A DNA stretch of 64,000 nt from Octopus sinensis (taxonomy: Eukaryota): positions 101,122,001 through 101,186,000 of the forward strand of contig NC_043002.1 in NCBI RefSeq assembly GCF_006345805.1. Direction: 5' to 3'. The notes below the pieces were generated by a model. It was not told the origin of the DNA. It did not search any database and saw only the letters and a program-made list of their open reading frames with translations. The translations under genes and the position numbers were made by a program. This document shows positions 39,047-50,719 of the stretch, piece after piece (the first letter of the stretch is position 1; every line of letters begins with the position of its first letter).

Positions 39047-39217
39047 TATATTATGTATATTATATATATATATATATATGATATATCTATATATATATAT
39101 ATAGATATATTATATTATATATATTATATAAATATATATATATATATATATTATATATAATATATATATGTATATATATATATAGATATATATATATATA
39201 TATTATATAATTATATA

Positions 39218-39259
<42 letters not shown>

Positions 39260-39420
39260 ATATATATACATATATATAATTATATATTATATTATGTATA
39301 TATATATATAGTATATTATATATATATCTAATATGTATATATAGATATATATATGTCTATATATTAATATTATATATATCTATATATATATATTATATAT
39401 ATATATATAGTATATTATTT
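39047..39420. repeat. (TA)n-rich microsatellite
   Basis: Direct reading. Confidence 0.95.
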
Positions 39421-39577
39421 ATGTATCTATTTATGTGTCAGTACATACACACACACACGCACATATATCTATATATATTGTTGCATTTCGTGGTCATCTT
39501 TTGCCAAATAAATACAAGCCTTATATATTCATTCTTCACTCGTTTATTGGTGTTCATATCTAAATTTTTGTCCATTG

Positions 39578-39620
39578 TCCGGAAATCTTTCGTCACATAT
39601 CTGTGACCTCTTCAGCGATC
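39578..39620 (-). ncRNA. Minimal hammerhead-like motif in a short PLE-like repeat
   Basis: aucg-CUGAAGA-G-GUCAC AGAUAU GUGAC-GAAA-GAUUU-C-cgga; a degenerate relative lacking the core lies at about 17215-17262. Confidence 0.55.
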
Positions 39621-39659
39621 TTTCCTCTACGTGTATCCTCCTGCTCCGCTTAGTCCATT

Positions 39660-39925
39660 CTTATTTCTTTACTGCCCACAAGGGGCTACACACAGAGGGG
39701 ACAGACAAGGACAGACAAACGGATTAAGTCGATTATATCGACCCCAGTGCGCAACTGGTACTTAATTTATCGACCCCAAAAGGATGAAAGGCAAAGTCGA
39801 CCTCGGCGGAATTTGAACTCAAACGTCGGCAGACGAAATACCTATTTCTTTATTACCCACAAGGTAGCCGAAATACCGCTAAGCATTTCGCCCGGCGTGT
39901 TAACGTTTCTGCCAGCTCGCTGCCT
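39660..39925 (-). mobile_element. SINE family C containing a 23-bp truncated copy of its own 3' end
   Basis: Insert ctatttctttattacccacaagg at 39842-39864; TSD cgaaatac at 39834-39841 and 39869-39876. Confidence 0.85.
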
Positions 39926-40628
39926 TCCGTTCCGCTTTGTCCATTCTGCCTTATGATGTATCCTTATCTGCGCATGCGTTTGCATTTGTATCTACGTGTG
40001 TGTTCGCGCGTGTGCGTGTGTGTATATGTGTGCGTGTGTGTATGCGTGTATGCGTGTTTTGCATGTGTGTGCATATGATCCTGCCGACTACACTGTTTGT
40101 CTCCATGTCAGTGATATTGTTGTTGCTGTTATCGTCGTTGTCCTTAGTGGTACTTTCTATGGTGACCCCCACCTCTGCTGCTGTTCTTGAACCTTATTTT
40201 GATATTGCTCTTGTATCTTTCTGTGTTTGTGTGCTTGTTCATGTTGTTGCCATCGCGGTTGTTGTTGTTGTTGTTGATGATGCAGCCGTTTATGAAGTTA
40301 CTGTATGTGTTTGTGTGTGTGTGTATGTGTGTGTATGTGAGTGTGTGTGTGTGTGGGCTTGCATACTATAACATTGTTTGTATCCGTGCCCTTCGTATAT
40401 GACCACATCCGGTTTCACACCAGGAATCTTGCAACACAAATTCATAAACACACACACACAGGCACACACTCACATACACACATACGCACGCACGATATTA
40501 AATGCTGTTTTTTGATGATGTTTCAGCTTTTGTCGCTTTTAAAGACAACACTAAATTTTCGCAAAGAATCTCCTCTCGCCTTGTCTCCACACATAAATAT
40601 ATCATTTCATATCAATATAAATATATAC

Positions 40629-40756
40629 CACAAATTTTCTGTACTTTGTGACACTGGTTTTTTGACACTTTTGTTTTGCAAGCCGCAACCGGTTCTCTTC
40701 ATCTCTTCTACAATGTCATTAAATTCGCCTGTCAAACGAATCTTTCTTCTACTTAT
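40629..40756 (-). CDS. Candidate internal exon, unknown protein (ISRRKIRLTGEFNDIVEEMKRTGCGLQNKSVKKPVSQSTENL)
   Basis: AG/GT-bounded 128 nt, one open frame, non-repetitive; weak pyrimidine tract. Confidence 0.25.
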
Positions 40757-41415
40757 CTAGATATATCGAAAGTATTTTATTTTTCGGTTGCCAAATAACA
40801 CAAATAACACAAATAACACAAAGCAAAACTGAAAAACAAAAGGCAAAAAAGAAATTGAACTTAGAACGTAATTAGATTTTGTTGCTAACGAAAAAATAAA
40901 AAGGTATAGCAGAAAATAACATCAAAATATTTTTGTGAGTTTCATGTAAGAACCACTTAAATAGCTATTTCGTTTTTTGGGCAATTTAAGTTGTTTTTGT
41001 TGTTGTTGTTAATATTATTACTACGTTGTCGTTGTTCCTTTGTCTTATACGAGCTGTTCCAAATCTCACCCAGAGACCCCATGCAACAAGCTGGACGTTT
41101 TACTAAGGATTTTATTTAAGGTTAGCACTGTAGGGAAATAGACCAAACGCAGAGTTAAGGTTCTCTTAAATTTGTAATGTTTGCAATTTTGAAAGAGTGT
41201 TAAGAGAATCAGATGTTCTCTAGTTGACAGTGCGTTTCAAAGAATATGGTCAGTTCCCAGAGGAACAATTTTTTGTAGTTGTGATACTTTTGGATTCCCT
41301 AACATTTGACAATAGCGTTTAAGAGTACCATTTGGTATTATCCCGAAAGCTCTGATGGACTTGTAATCAAGTCCAATTGTCGCTCTCTTATTTTGGTACT
41401 TCTATTATTTTTTAG

Positions 41416-41480
41416 AACGTATACAATATTGATTGTATCTTTTGCTCGGTGGCAACTTTATAAAATGCGAACTATATTTG
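41416..41480 (+). CDS. Candidate small exon (TYTILIVSFARWQLYKMRTIF, or UTR plus MRTIF)
   Basis: Acceptor cttctattattttttag, donor TTG|GTATGT; ends in phase 1. Confidence 0.3.
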
Positions 41481-42292
41481 GTATGTGATATATGGGTGGT
41501 GCTATGTGTTTTACAAGGTACGATAGGAAAACATCCCATATTTTAAAGACCAAAAATATGGAATCTAGGAAATGTTTTCTTTAAATATTTTCGCACGATA
41601 AGTGGTTTGTAATCTATTAATGAATGACGAATATGCGATGTAAGTGGATGTAAGTTGAACGACGGTTATGTCAGAGCTTGTGTTGTGAATCATATGAACT
41701 TGTAAAACATTTGGCCTGAAATCAAAGTTAAAGGTATGCTTACAGAAGAAGTAACTTCCTTGACTCTAGTTCCGATCACTCCATTATACACACATGCACA
41801 GTTAAACTATCAACCTAACCTCTTCAATCAACTGTCGAACAACAAATAGAGAGTGCGATCGCATAAATGTCTGTTCAACATAGTCGTAGTATTGTATAAC
41901 GTTTATATGAAGTTAATATTTAGAAAGAACCAAATATTCACTAGAAACAAACAAACAATCTCTCCAACATGAATGGAAACGGTCATGTGTTATAACCGGC
42001 AATGCAACTGTAATGCTCAAAACAAACATTTGCTGCAAACATTTCTTTTCGCTCAGAAGTAGACATTTCAGATACAGATTCTATCAGATGTTTAACAAGA
42101 ACTCCAGGAGTTAGACAAAATAATGGAAACACCTAGCATCATAGCATGATAATTTTGAAATATATATAAAACAGTCAAAAGTTTGTTTATTTTTATGTTT
42201 TTGATTTATTATTAGTGTTGCATAATATGGTTTACTAAAATTGTTGTTTCTTTTCAGATATCATCAAAAAAAGATAATTAAAATTCAATAAA

Positions 42293-42845
42293 ATGACAGA
42301 TCTATCAGACTTTCAAAGAGGTCATATTGTTGGTGTCTGTATGGCAGGCGCTAGCGTAACGTAAACATGCGAAATGTTTGGTGCATAAAAAAGTACTGTC
42401 TCGAAAGTAATGACCGCCTTTGAGAAAGAGGGAAAAAATTCCTCATCAAAACAAAACTCCGGAAGGAAACCAAAACTTTCAGATAGGGACCGTCGGACTC
42501 TTTCGCGAATTGTTAGAAAGGATCACAAAAGTACAGCTCCCAAAACTACTACAGAGCATAATGACCACCTCGAGAACCCAGTTTCCACAAAAACTGTTCG
42601 CCGGGAGCTGCACAAGTCCGGATTTCACAGGTGGGTTGCAAGCAGAAAACCACTACTTTCAAAAGCAATCGTTTCAAAGCGTTTACAGTTGAGTAAAAAC
42701 CTACAGAATTGGTCTCTAAAGGAGTGGAAGAATGTTAGTTTATCGGACGAGTCATCCTTTACCTTATTTCCGACCATCGGACGAGTATACATGTGGAGAC
42801 AGTCAAAAGAAGCATTTGACCCAGACTGCCTTCTTCCGACTGTTA
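42293..42845 (+). mobile_element. Tc1-family transposase N-terminal half, with stop codons
   Basis: MTDLSDFQRGHIVG, GRKPKLSDRDRRTL, VSTKTVRRELH, RKPLLS, SDESSF; truncated before the second Asp. Confidence 0.9.
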
Positions 42846-42935
42846 ATACTTTTACGGCATTCACATCCCACTGCCCACAAAATGTGTGTACACACAAAAT
42901 TACAATATTAGGAAAATTTCAACAGTTTATGTATA

Positions 42936-43160
42936 GGCGCAGGAGTGGCTGTGTGGTAAGTAGCTTGCTAACCAACTACATGGTTCTGGGTTCAGTTCCA
43001 CTGCGTGGCATCTTGGGCAAGTGTCTTCTGCTATAGCCCCGGGCCGACCAATGCCTTGCGAGTGTATTTGGTAGACGGAAACTGAAAGAAGCCTGTCGTA
43101 TATATGTATATATATACATATATACATATATATAATATATATATATATATATACATTATA

Positions 43161-43253
<93 letters not shown>

Positions 43254-43470
43254 GTGTGTATGTGTTTGTGTGTCTGCGTTTGTCCCCCTAGCATTGCTTG
43301 ACAACCGATGCTAGTGTGTTTACGTCCCCGTCACTTAGCGGTTCGGCAAAAGAGACCGATAGAAGTACTAGGCTTACAAAGAATAAGTCCCGGGGTCGAT
43401 TTGCTCGACTAAAGGCGGTGCTCCAGCATGGCGTAGTCAAATGACTGAAACAAGTAAAAGAGTAAAAGAG
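42936..43470 (+). mobile_element. SINE family A, full length
   Basis: Head aggcgcaggagtggctgtgtggtaag to tail gactgaaacaagtaaaagagtaaaagag. Confidence 0.92.
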
Positions 43471-43689
43471 TTTAAAGTGTGCAACAGCAACTTCCTAATA
43501 CGTGGGCCTTTGACATTTAATGACTATACTGTATGCGGCATCAAGCAATATATGGCACGAATAATGACTACTGTAGATAGAAATATAGAAAAAAAAAACC
43601 AAAACATAATAGAGGTACAAGATGCATCCTTGCAATTTTGGGAGAGACATTAAATTTCAAAGAAGTACAAAGCTGTAATCGTTTTGATA

Positions 43690-43916
43690 GTGAAGTCCTT
43701 TGACTTCAATACACTCGTTATAGTATTTCAGCCACTTTGTGAAAGCCCCATGACAGTCCTCCAAAGGGATGCTATCCAGGCCCCTTGTCACAGCTTCCTT
43801 TATCTTCTCAATGTTTTTAAAACAACTGCCTCAAAGATTCTCCTTCAGTTTGGGGTTAGGACCGAAAGTTACAGGGAGCAAGATCTGGATTTTAGGGAGT
43901 GTGAGGGACAGTTTTG

Positions 43917-43918
<2 letters not shown>
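43690..43918 (-). mobile_element. Mariner (DD34D) transposase C-terminal remnant
   Basis: IKTVPHTP*NPDLAPCNF (YSPDLAP motif) and FKNIEKIKEAVTRGLDSIPLEDCHGAFTKWLKYYNECIEVKG. Confidence 0.75.
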
Positions 43919-43967
<49 letters not shown>

Positions 43968-43974
43968 CACGCAT

Positions 43975-44353
43975 GCCTCGTGGCACTCCGTCGATTACGA
44001 CGATAAGGGTTCCAGTTAATCCGATCAACGGAACAGACTGCTGCGAAATTAACGTGCAAGTGGCTGAGCACTCCACAGACACGTGTACCCTTAACGTAGT
44101 TAGGATTTAGCGTGGCTCAGAGTGTGACAATGCTGACCCTTTGCAATACAGTTACAACAAAAACAGGAGGAAAGAGTGAGAGAAAGTTTTGGTGGAAGAG
44201 TACAGCAGGGTTGGCCACCACCCTCTGCCGGAGCCTCGTGGAACTTTAGGTATTTTCGCTCAATAAACACTCACAACGCCCGGTCTGCGAATCGAAACCG
44301 CGATCCTACGACCGCGAGTCCATTGCTCCAACCAGTGGGATATTGCGCCTCCA
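43975..44353 (-). mobile_element. SINE with a family B head/body and a family E tail
   Basis: The 5' half matches 16725-17014; the 3' half matches 59330-59455. Confidence 0.8.
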
Positions 44354-44987
44354 GTATCCTTACATACTGTTGTGTATGAGGAGAGTCATTTTGTGTCCTA
44401 TAATATAACACACTCACCGGTAAAGTTTCAACTTATTTCTTATTTTTATTCTTCTAAAATTTTCGCTGCGTCTTGCAACATTTTCAATAGTTTTTACTCT
44501 GTCCGTTATTTACACTGCGTTCCCTTTTGTTTGTTTGTGAGCATGTGTGTGGCTCAGTGTGTGTGTGTGCCTATGCATGGCGTGCATGTACGTACGTATG
44601 TATGTGTGTATGTTTACATGTGTGTATGTATATATGTGTGTGTTTGCATATGTATATATATATGTATGTGTGTGCATCTGTATATATGTATCCTGCATAT
44701 TTGTGTGCTTGCATGTCCGTGTTTGTGTATTTTCCATGTATATGTGTGTGAGCATGTGTTTGTATATGTATGCACCTCTGTATCCTTGTGTGTGCATGTC
44801 TGTGTGTGTGTGTGTTATGCAACTATGTACCATGTTTGTATGTATGGATGTGCATCTTTATATGTGTGGATCCGTGTCTCCATATGTGTCTGTGTTTGGA
44901 TAAAGTGTGTATATATATGGTTATGTGTTTCAGTCTCCATTTGCGTATGTGTGCCTGTCTTTTCTTATAACCTATGTACTTAACCCC

Positions 44988-45359
44988 TTCAAAAATACCA
45001 TATGCACCAATGATCACTGCATGGTATGTAGGATTAGCCCTGGCATTAACTGTAGAACTCGAAATGTAGTTTACAGAATAAGATGCATAGAAGGTGCTTG
45101 TAAGGACATGAACATGACGTACATAGGGGAGACGTCTAGGAGCATTGTGGAACGAATAAATGAACATCTAAGACAATATGACGACAGAAAACAGTCCTCC
45201 ATACTCTACCAACATGCCAAAGACCACCATGGAGGTAACTTGGGACAGCATGACATCCACATCTTATCCAAGCACCCAAATGACACAACAATCAGACAAA
45301 TACGGGAATCCGTCCATATAAATGAAACCTCCCCAATACTAAATAGGAAATATACATAG
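44988..45359 (+). mobile_element. Penelope-like element GIY-YIG endonuclease domain, open frame
   Basis: CMVC..NCRTRNVVYRIRC..C...YIGETSRSIVERINEH..SILYQH..RQIRESVHI..P.LN. Confidence 0.85.
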
Positions 45360-45606
45360 TAGATACCATACCTCCATACCCACAGTTTACACAGGCATAA
45401 GTACCAGGCTTATAAACAAGTTCTGTGTGCGATTTATTCGACTAAACCCTTGATGGCCTCACTTTAATGATTCACCATGAAAAAGATAAAAGATATTCTG
45501 TTATCCTTACTCAGACACACACATACACATATGTATGTATAATAGAAAATGAGAAAGGTTTATGCCACTTCAGCTGTTTACAGTAACGTGTAGTTGTCCC
45601 ATGCAG

Positions 45607-45698
45607 TAAACAGTTGCATTATTTGCAACGAGGAGTACACCTGCACCAGACCGTCACACTTTACTTGTCCTGGCCATAGACTGTGCTATGTAGCAGTG
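45607..45698 (+). CDS. Candidate exon encoding the N-terminal half of an LU/three-finger (Ly6/uPAR-like) domain
   Basis: ttgtcccatgcag|xNSCIICNEEYTCTRPSHFTCPGHRLCYVAV|GTAAGC; C-x2-C-x5-C-x7-C-x5-C; phase 1 to phase 0. Confidence 0.5.
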
Positions 45699-46657
45699 GT
45701 AAGCATTAATTTGTTGATCCCGTCTGTTGATTATCGGTTCACATAATCTATTGAGTCAATCTTGTGTAGCACTAAATAAAAACCATGTTACACTCTATGT
45801 TATAACAACGGTAGTATTTCTCTAGAGAACAATAGTTATAGGTAACTTGTTGATCGACATGATGTTTGTATAAACTAGCCGTGTATTAGTCTCTTCGTTT
45901 TTCGGTCTTGTTTGATTCTGTTGAATTCAATCATATTGTTGAATGCACATTATTTTGCTATATATAAAAATAGTTAGGAATAATTAGTAAAAATACAACA
46001 AAAATCAATCTCACTAACAAAAAAAAAAAAAATAAGAACCATAACAAAAATAAAAAAAACAAACAACCAAACAAGCTTGGTGGAATCGATAATATATATT
46101 TCCTTTGCTTTGTCTTCGATATCAGTTCAATTTCTTTTTTACGTTGTTTGTTTTATTTCATACCATTCTGCTTCAAGTAGTTGAATTGGAATCAATTTTG
46201 AAAGAAATGCTTGATAATTTCGCTGTCAATTTCAACAAATCGCTGAAGGCAATCTTTCAAATAAATGATGTTTTTTTTTTTTCAGGAATGTGGTCGTCTT
46301 CATTAAAAGTGATTACGTTTAAAATTGTCTATTTTTTCTTCATATTATCATTTTCTTGAATTTTGTTTTTCATTCTTCGTCAAGTATGAGTGGTTTGTTT
46401 GGTGCTATTTTTTTAACATATTGCTTCAAGTTGAGATTTCTCCATTGTGTGACTTTTCTTGAGGTTTGTAGTAGTTCTTTTCGGTTATTTTATGAAATGT
46501 GTAGACTTAAAATAAATACATACGCATAAAAGTTAACCTACTAGAGTGTATAGATGTGCATGGGTTTGTGTATATATGTATATAATGTACATATGCACTC
46601 ACACAATGTATATACATGTGTGGAGTTTGTGCGTATGTATAAGTGTGTATGTATGCA

Positions 46658-46740
<83 letters not shown>

Positions 46741-46761
46741 TTATCTATCTATCTATTTATC

Positions 46762-46792
<31 letters not shown>

Positions 46793-46839
46793 CTATCTAT
46801 ATATCTATCTATCTATATATCTATCTATCTATCTATACA

Positions 46840-46870
<31 letters not shown>

Positions 46871-46947
46871 CTGTCTCTGCCTGTCCCTCTAAATAAACGT
46901 GTGCGATTTTAGTGCGTGTATATATTGTGTGAGTGTTCATGTCAGTG

Positions 46948-46996
<49 letters not shown>

Positions 46997-47348
46997 AATG
47001 TACATACATATGTGTGTAGGTGTGTGTATGTGCATGTGCGTGTGTGTGTGTATGTGCGTGCCTGTCTGTGTGTGTACATGAGCTACACATACAAGTCAGC
47101 TACGTCAAATTACGAGCTGTGTCGCACCGGTCTAGTGATTTGACGGAAGCACAGATAGGTAAGTTACGTTAGACTAGAACGAAACAAATAATACGGCTAT
47201 AGGAATTATCTTTAAACAAGCTAGAATACCTAAAAAAATAAAACGAACACAATGGCTAAAAAGCATAAAACATGAAAAATTGTTCATCGACCTTCGCAGT
47301 TTCTAAAGCACACACACACACACATACACACACACACACACACAAATA

Positions 47349-48150
47349 TACAGGGTGCGGTGCGGTGAATAAACTGTCATCTAAATTACACCAAAATGAA
47401 AATAACACCGACATCTCATTTTACCAGATATATCCACCAAAATTACATAAAAATATCTTGGAAAACTAAAGAGTAAATTTATTCTATAAAATTCCCATTG
47501 ACTTCAATCACGGCCTCCAGACGACTTCGGAATTTCCTGCAATTCTTCTGGATGATCTCCTTATTTAAGTGGGTGAATGCTGCCATAATCCTTGCCTCCA
47601 GTTCACCTTTGGTGTTACAAAGAGTTTTATTCGTCCCTAGCTCAACTGCACCCCGCACATAATAATGAAGGCGGTTGCAGTCTAGGGAGTTTGGTGACCA
47701 GATGTTAGTTGTGATGTGGTTACAGAAATTGTCTGACAGCCATGACTGGGTTCTTCTGCTTGTGTGGCATGGTGCAGAGTCCTGTTGCCAGACACAAGGT
47801 CTTCCAGCAACCACCCTCTTAACGCAGGGTAAGTACTACCACCTCCAGACACTTGATGTAGGCTTCCGTATTGAATGTGGGGCCGTGTGGGAAAATGAAT
47901 GAAAGCATAACGGCGCCATCACTAGTGATCATTCCAAACACCATGATGTTGACTGCATGTTTGATTTTTATCACTCTCATGTTTTGGGGAGACGGCAAGT
48001 TCTCAGATTGACACCCAAACACTCTGAAGTGTTCATACTGAGGCTTCCGGCGCCAATACCAAGCAATACAGTATGTTGTTTCCAAATCTCTGGCAGAGTG
48101 AATTGTATCATGGGAATGTTTTTCTCACAAATGGTGCCCAACTGATCCTA
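47349..48150 (-). mobile_element. maT (DD37D) Tc1/mariner remnant with right TIR
   Basis: IMVFGMITSDG..FIFPHG..NTEAYIKCLE; WQQDSAPCH..WSPNSLDCNRLHY with 37 residues from the Asp to the decayed third-Asp position; TA|CAGGGTG terminus. Confidence 0.85.
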
Positions 48151-48249
48151 CTATACTATGTAGTCGGGAAATTAAAAACAAACTATGCTTATGCGTGAAA
48201 TTAAAAATATAAAACGGTGATAATTTACTCAGCGAGCCCTGCATATATA

Positions 48250-48645
48250 CACCGCCAGCGTTGCCCAAACGACCTGGACATTAGTTTCAGGGTTCATCCA
48301 AGGCTGGGAGCACGGGCCATACGTCCCCTGCCCAATTCAGGATCACAGCATATATGTACGCTGCGACACAAGTTCTTTTCCTCAACAAGCCCTGCCCTAT
48401 TTAACATTGTACCGAAAGAGATCAAAGAGGAAAAGTATCCCATCACCTTTAAACGGAGTCTGGACAGATTTCGTCAAGGAATACCGGATAAGCCACCCAT
48501 ACCTGGATACAGCTCACTCAACTAGAACTCACTACTTGAATGGACTATAAACAAAACTTGAATTAAAAAGGATTTAGATAATCCTATCAGGTAGTGCTAT
48601 TAAGATTGGCCTGGACCAATCTTTGGCCGAAACATCTAAGTTTTA
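48250..48645 (+). mobile_element. 5'-truncated CR1/L2-group LINE 3' end (second subfamily)
   Basis: SPALFNIVPKEIK..FKRSLDRFRQGIPDKPPIPGY; 3' end ..tggcctggaccaatctttggccgaaacatctaagttt. Confidence 0.75.
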
Positions 48646-48818
48646 TGTAAGTTTATACATACATATATACATACATACATACATACACACATACATACAT
48701 ACATACATACACACACACACGCACATATATATATTATATGTATGTATGTATGTGTGTGTGTGTGTCTGTATATACACATATATATATGTATGTATGTATA
48801 TATATATATATGTGTGTG

Positions 48819-49062
48819 TGAGGGCGCATAGCTTAGTGGATAGAATGCTGCTCTCATGATTTACCGATCCGTATTTCAATTCCTAGACACCTCTTCGGCA
48901 CCTGACGCGTCGTACACCATGTTCCTCTCCAGAAAACGTTGATTTAAGGGAGAGAGTGCGCTAATTGCGGCACGAACATTTCTTCACTATAAACAAATCA
49001 TTTGTGCACGTCGTTCAGCAAAAGCTGAACGCCCATGCATCACCTTCGACGGGAGAACCCGT
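48819..49062 (+). mobile_element. Degenerate tRNA-derived SINE
   Basis: Head gagggcgcatagcttagtgg, similar to the 59131 head, with a different body. Confidence 0.6.
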
Positions 49063-49149
49063 CATATGTATGCATATATATATATATATATATATATAAG
49101 TAAATAAATAGAGTTGAACGATGTTATCAAAATTCTTTTACTTTCGACA

Positions 49150-49560
49150 ATAGTACTCGCTGCAATAGGCAATAGTACTCGCTGCGCTGATTTCAAGGCT
49201 ACCGTGGAGTGTTTCTTTGCTTCGCTCTTATTAATGAAGCGTACCTCCACCGTGCCGAACTTTCGTTCTCTGCTGTAGTACGTAGTTATTTCTTTTACTT
49301 CCTTTAAGCATTCCTCTATCACTTCAACGGCTGCTATCTCCACCTTCTTTGTTGCTATATCCAACGTTCTATAGGTAATAATTTTTCTTTCTGTATTTTC
49401 CGTCACTTTTTTCGGGGGTGTCAGCCTTAGGCATCCTCGTTCCTTCTTCTTGAAGTCTCTGTCCTCTACTTCCAACTCACGTATCTGCAGCAGCTCAGCT
49501 GTCAAGCTTTTGCCCGTCACTGCAGCATAACTGTCTGTTTGAACCTGCGTATTCCATAAT
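49150..49560 (-). mobile_element. LINE ORF1 fragment (L1/Tx1-like, RRM-like)
   Basis: SYAAVTGK..RKFGTVEVRFINKSEAKKHS..LLP; truncated by (TA)n. Confidence 0.5.
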
Positions 49561-49674
49561 TACGTTGTTCACCGCTTCACCCATAAATGGGGAAGACAAA
49601 TAAAATTTTCAACAATTGAAATAATCACAAATTCAAACAATTCAGTAATTCAAATTAACAAAGCAATAACTCAC

Positions 49675-49795
49675 ATGTGAGCGAAATCGGGGCACAACAA
49701 ACAACGTACTCAGCGAGACTACCAAAGATGCTTACTTCACAACTACCGACTACTACTCTTTATAAGAATTTAGGCTCGTCCCTTCTCCAATCCGC
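49675..49795 (-). promoter_or_regulatory. Candidate CCAAT/TATA promoter with a short first exon
   Basis: CCAAT at 49787-49791, TATAAAG (minus strand) at 49758-49764, consensus donor AT|GTGAGT at 49675/49674. Confidence 0.35.
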
Positions 49796-50719
49796 CGGGA
49801 GTGTCAATGACTCTCCCCACGACATCTCCCCATTTGAGATTGACTTCCATTGGAAGATAATATCATTTTTTATTTGCGTTGTTACTTTTATGTCCTGACG
49901 ACTCGTCGCTAGATGTTATAACGTAATGGTTACCCGACTCTTAGGTGATATTGTACATTGCAGCGATCTATCGTGAGATTGTTTTCTTTGGTTTCAAAGA
50001 GCGTAATATATTTCGAAAGAAATGTCATATTACATGCTTCTTGCTAAACGAATAGACGTTTCGTGTAAAATCTCACTTTAAAACGATTCACGTTTAACCT
50101 GATATTCCTTTTCCTATACGATTTTCTGATTTAGCTTTTCCTCTGTAAACTATTTCTTTTTATAGACATTCTCTAGTCGAAGGAGACCTAATCTTGTGCC
50201 TACAATCACATTTGTGTTTCGTTGTTTGTTTGGCGTTTATGATTTTTTTTGTTTGTGGTTAAAGGCGCTTTTTTCATTTCAGTCCATGGCGGCTGTCTGC
50301 TAAATAAACATAGAAATTGCAGTAACAACAAACGTTATAAACTGAATGATTATAACTTTATTCTAAATTATATATTCAGTACTTTTCTCTTGTTCATTCA
50401 AAACATACAGACACACACATGAATATGTATATATATTCACCTATATATTTGTATATGTGTATGTGTGTTTATGTATGTAAGTTGTATACATGCTCGTTAC
50501 CATGTGTTTAAAAGTAGAAAAGTAATCAAAACAGAATTTTGCAAAATAAGGTTATTTACTTTTGACGGATATTTGTTCTCATCTTGTTTGCTGTGAACAC
50601 AACGAACCTGTATTATTATTATTATCATCATTATTATTTAGGTCACTGCCTGGAATCGAACTCAGAATCCTGGGTCAGTAATCCGTGCACTTAACCACTC
50701 GCCATATGCCTGTGAGCAA

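Noticed and set aside
42936-43010. tRNA-like heads as tRNA genes
   Set aside because: They continue into shared SINE bodies and do not form full cloverleaves.
46110-46490. Possible N-terminal PLE ORF remnant on the minus strand
   Set aside because: Too degenerate to support without a database search.
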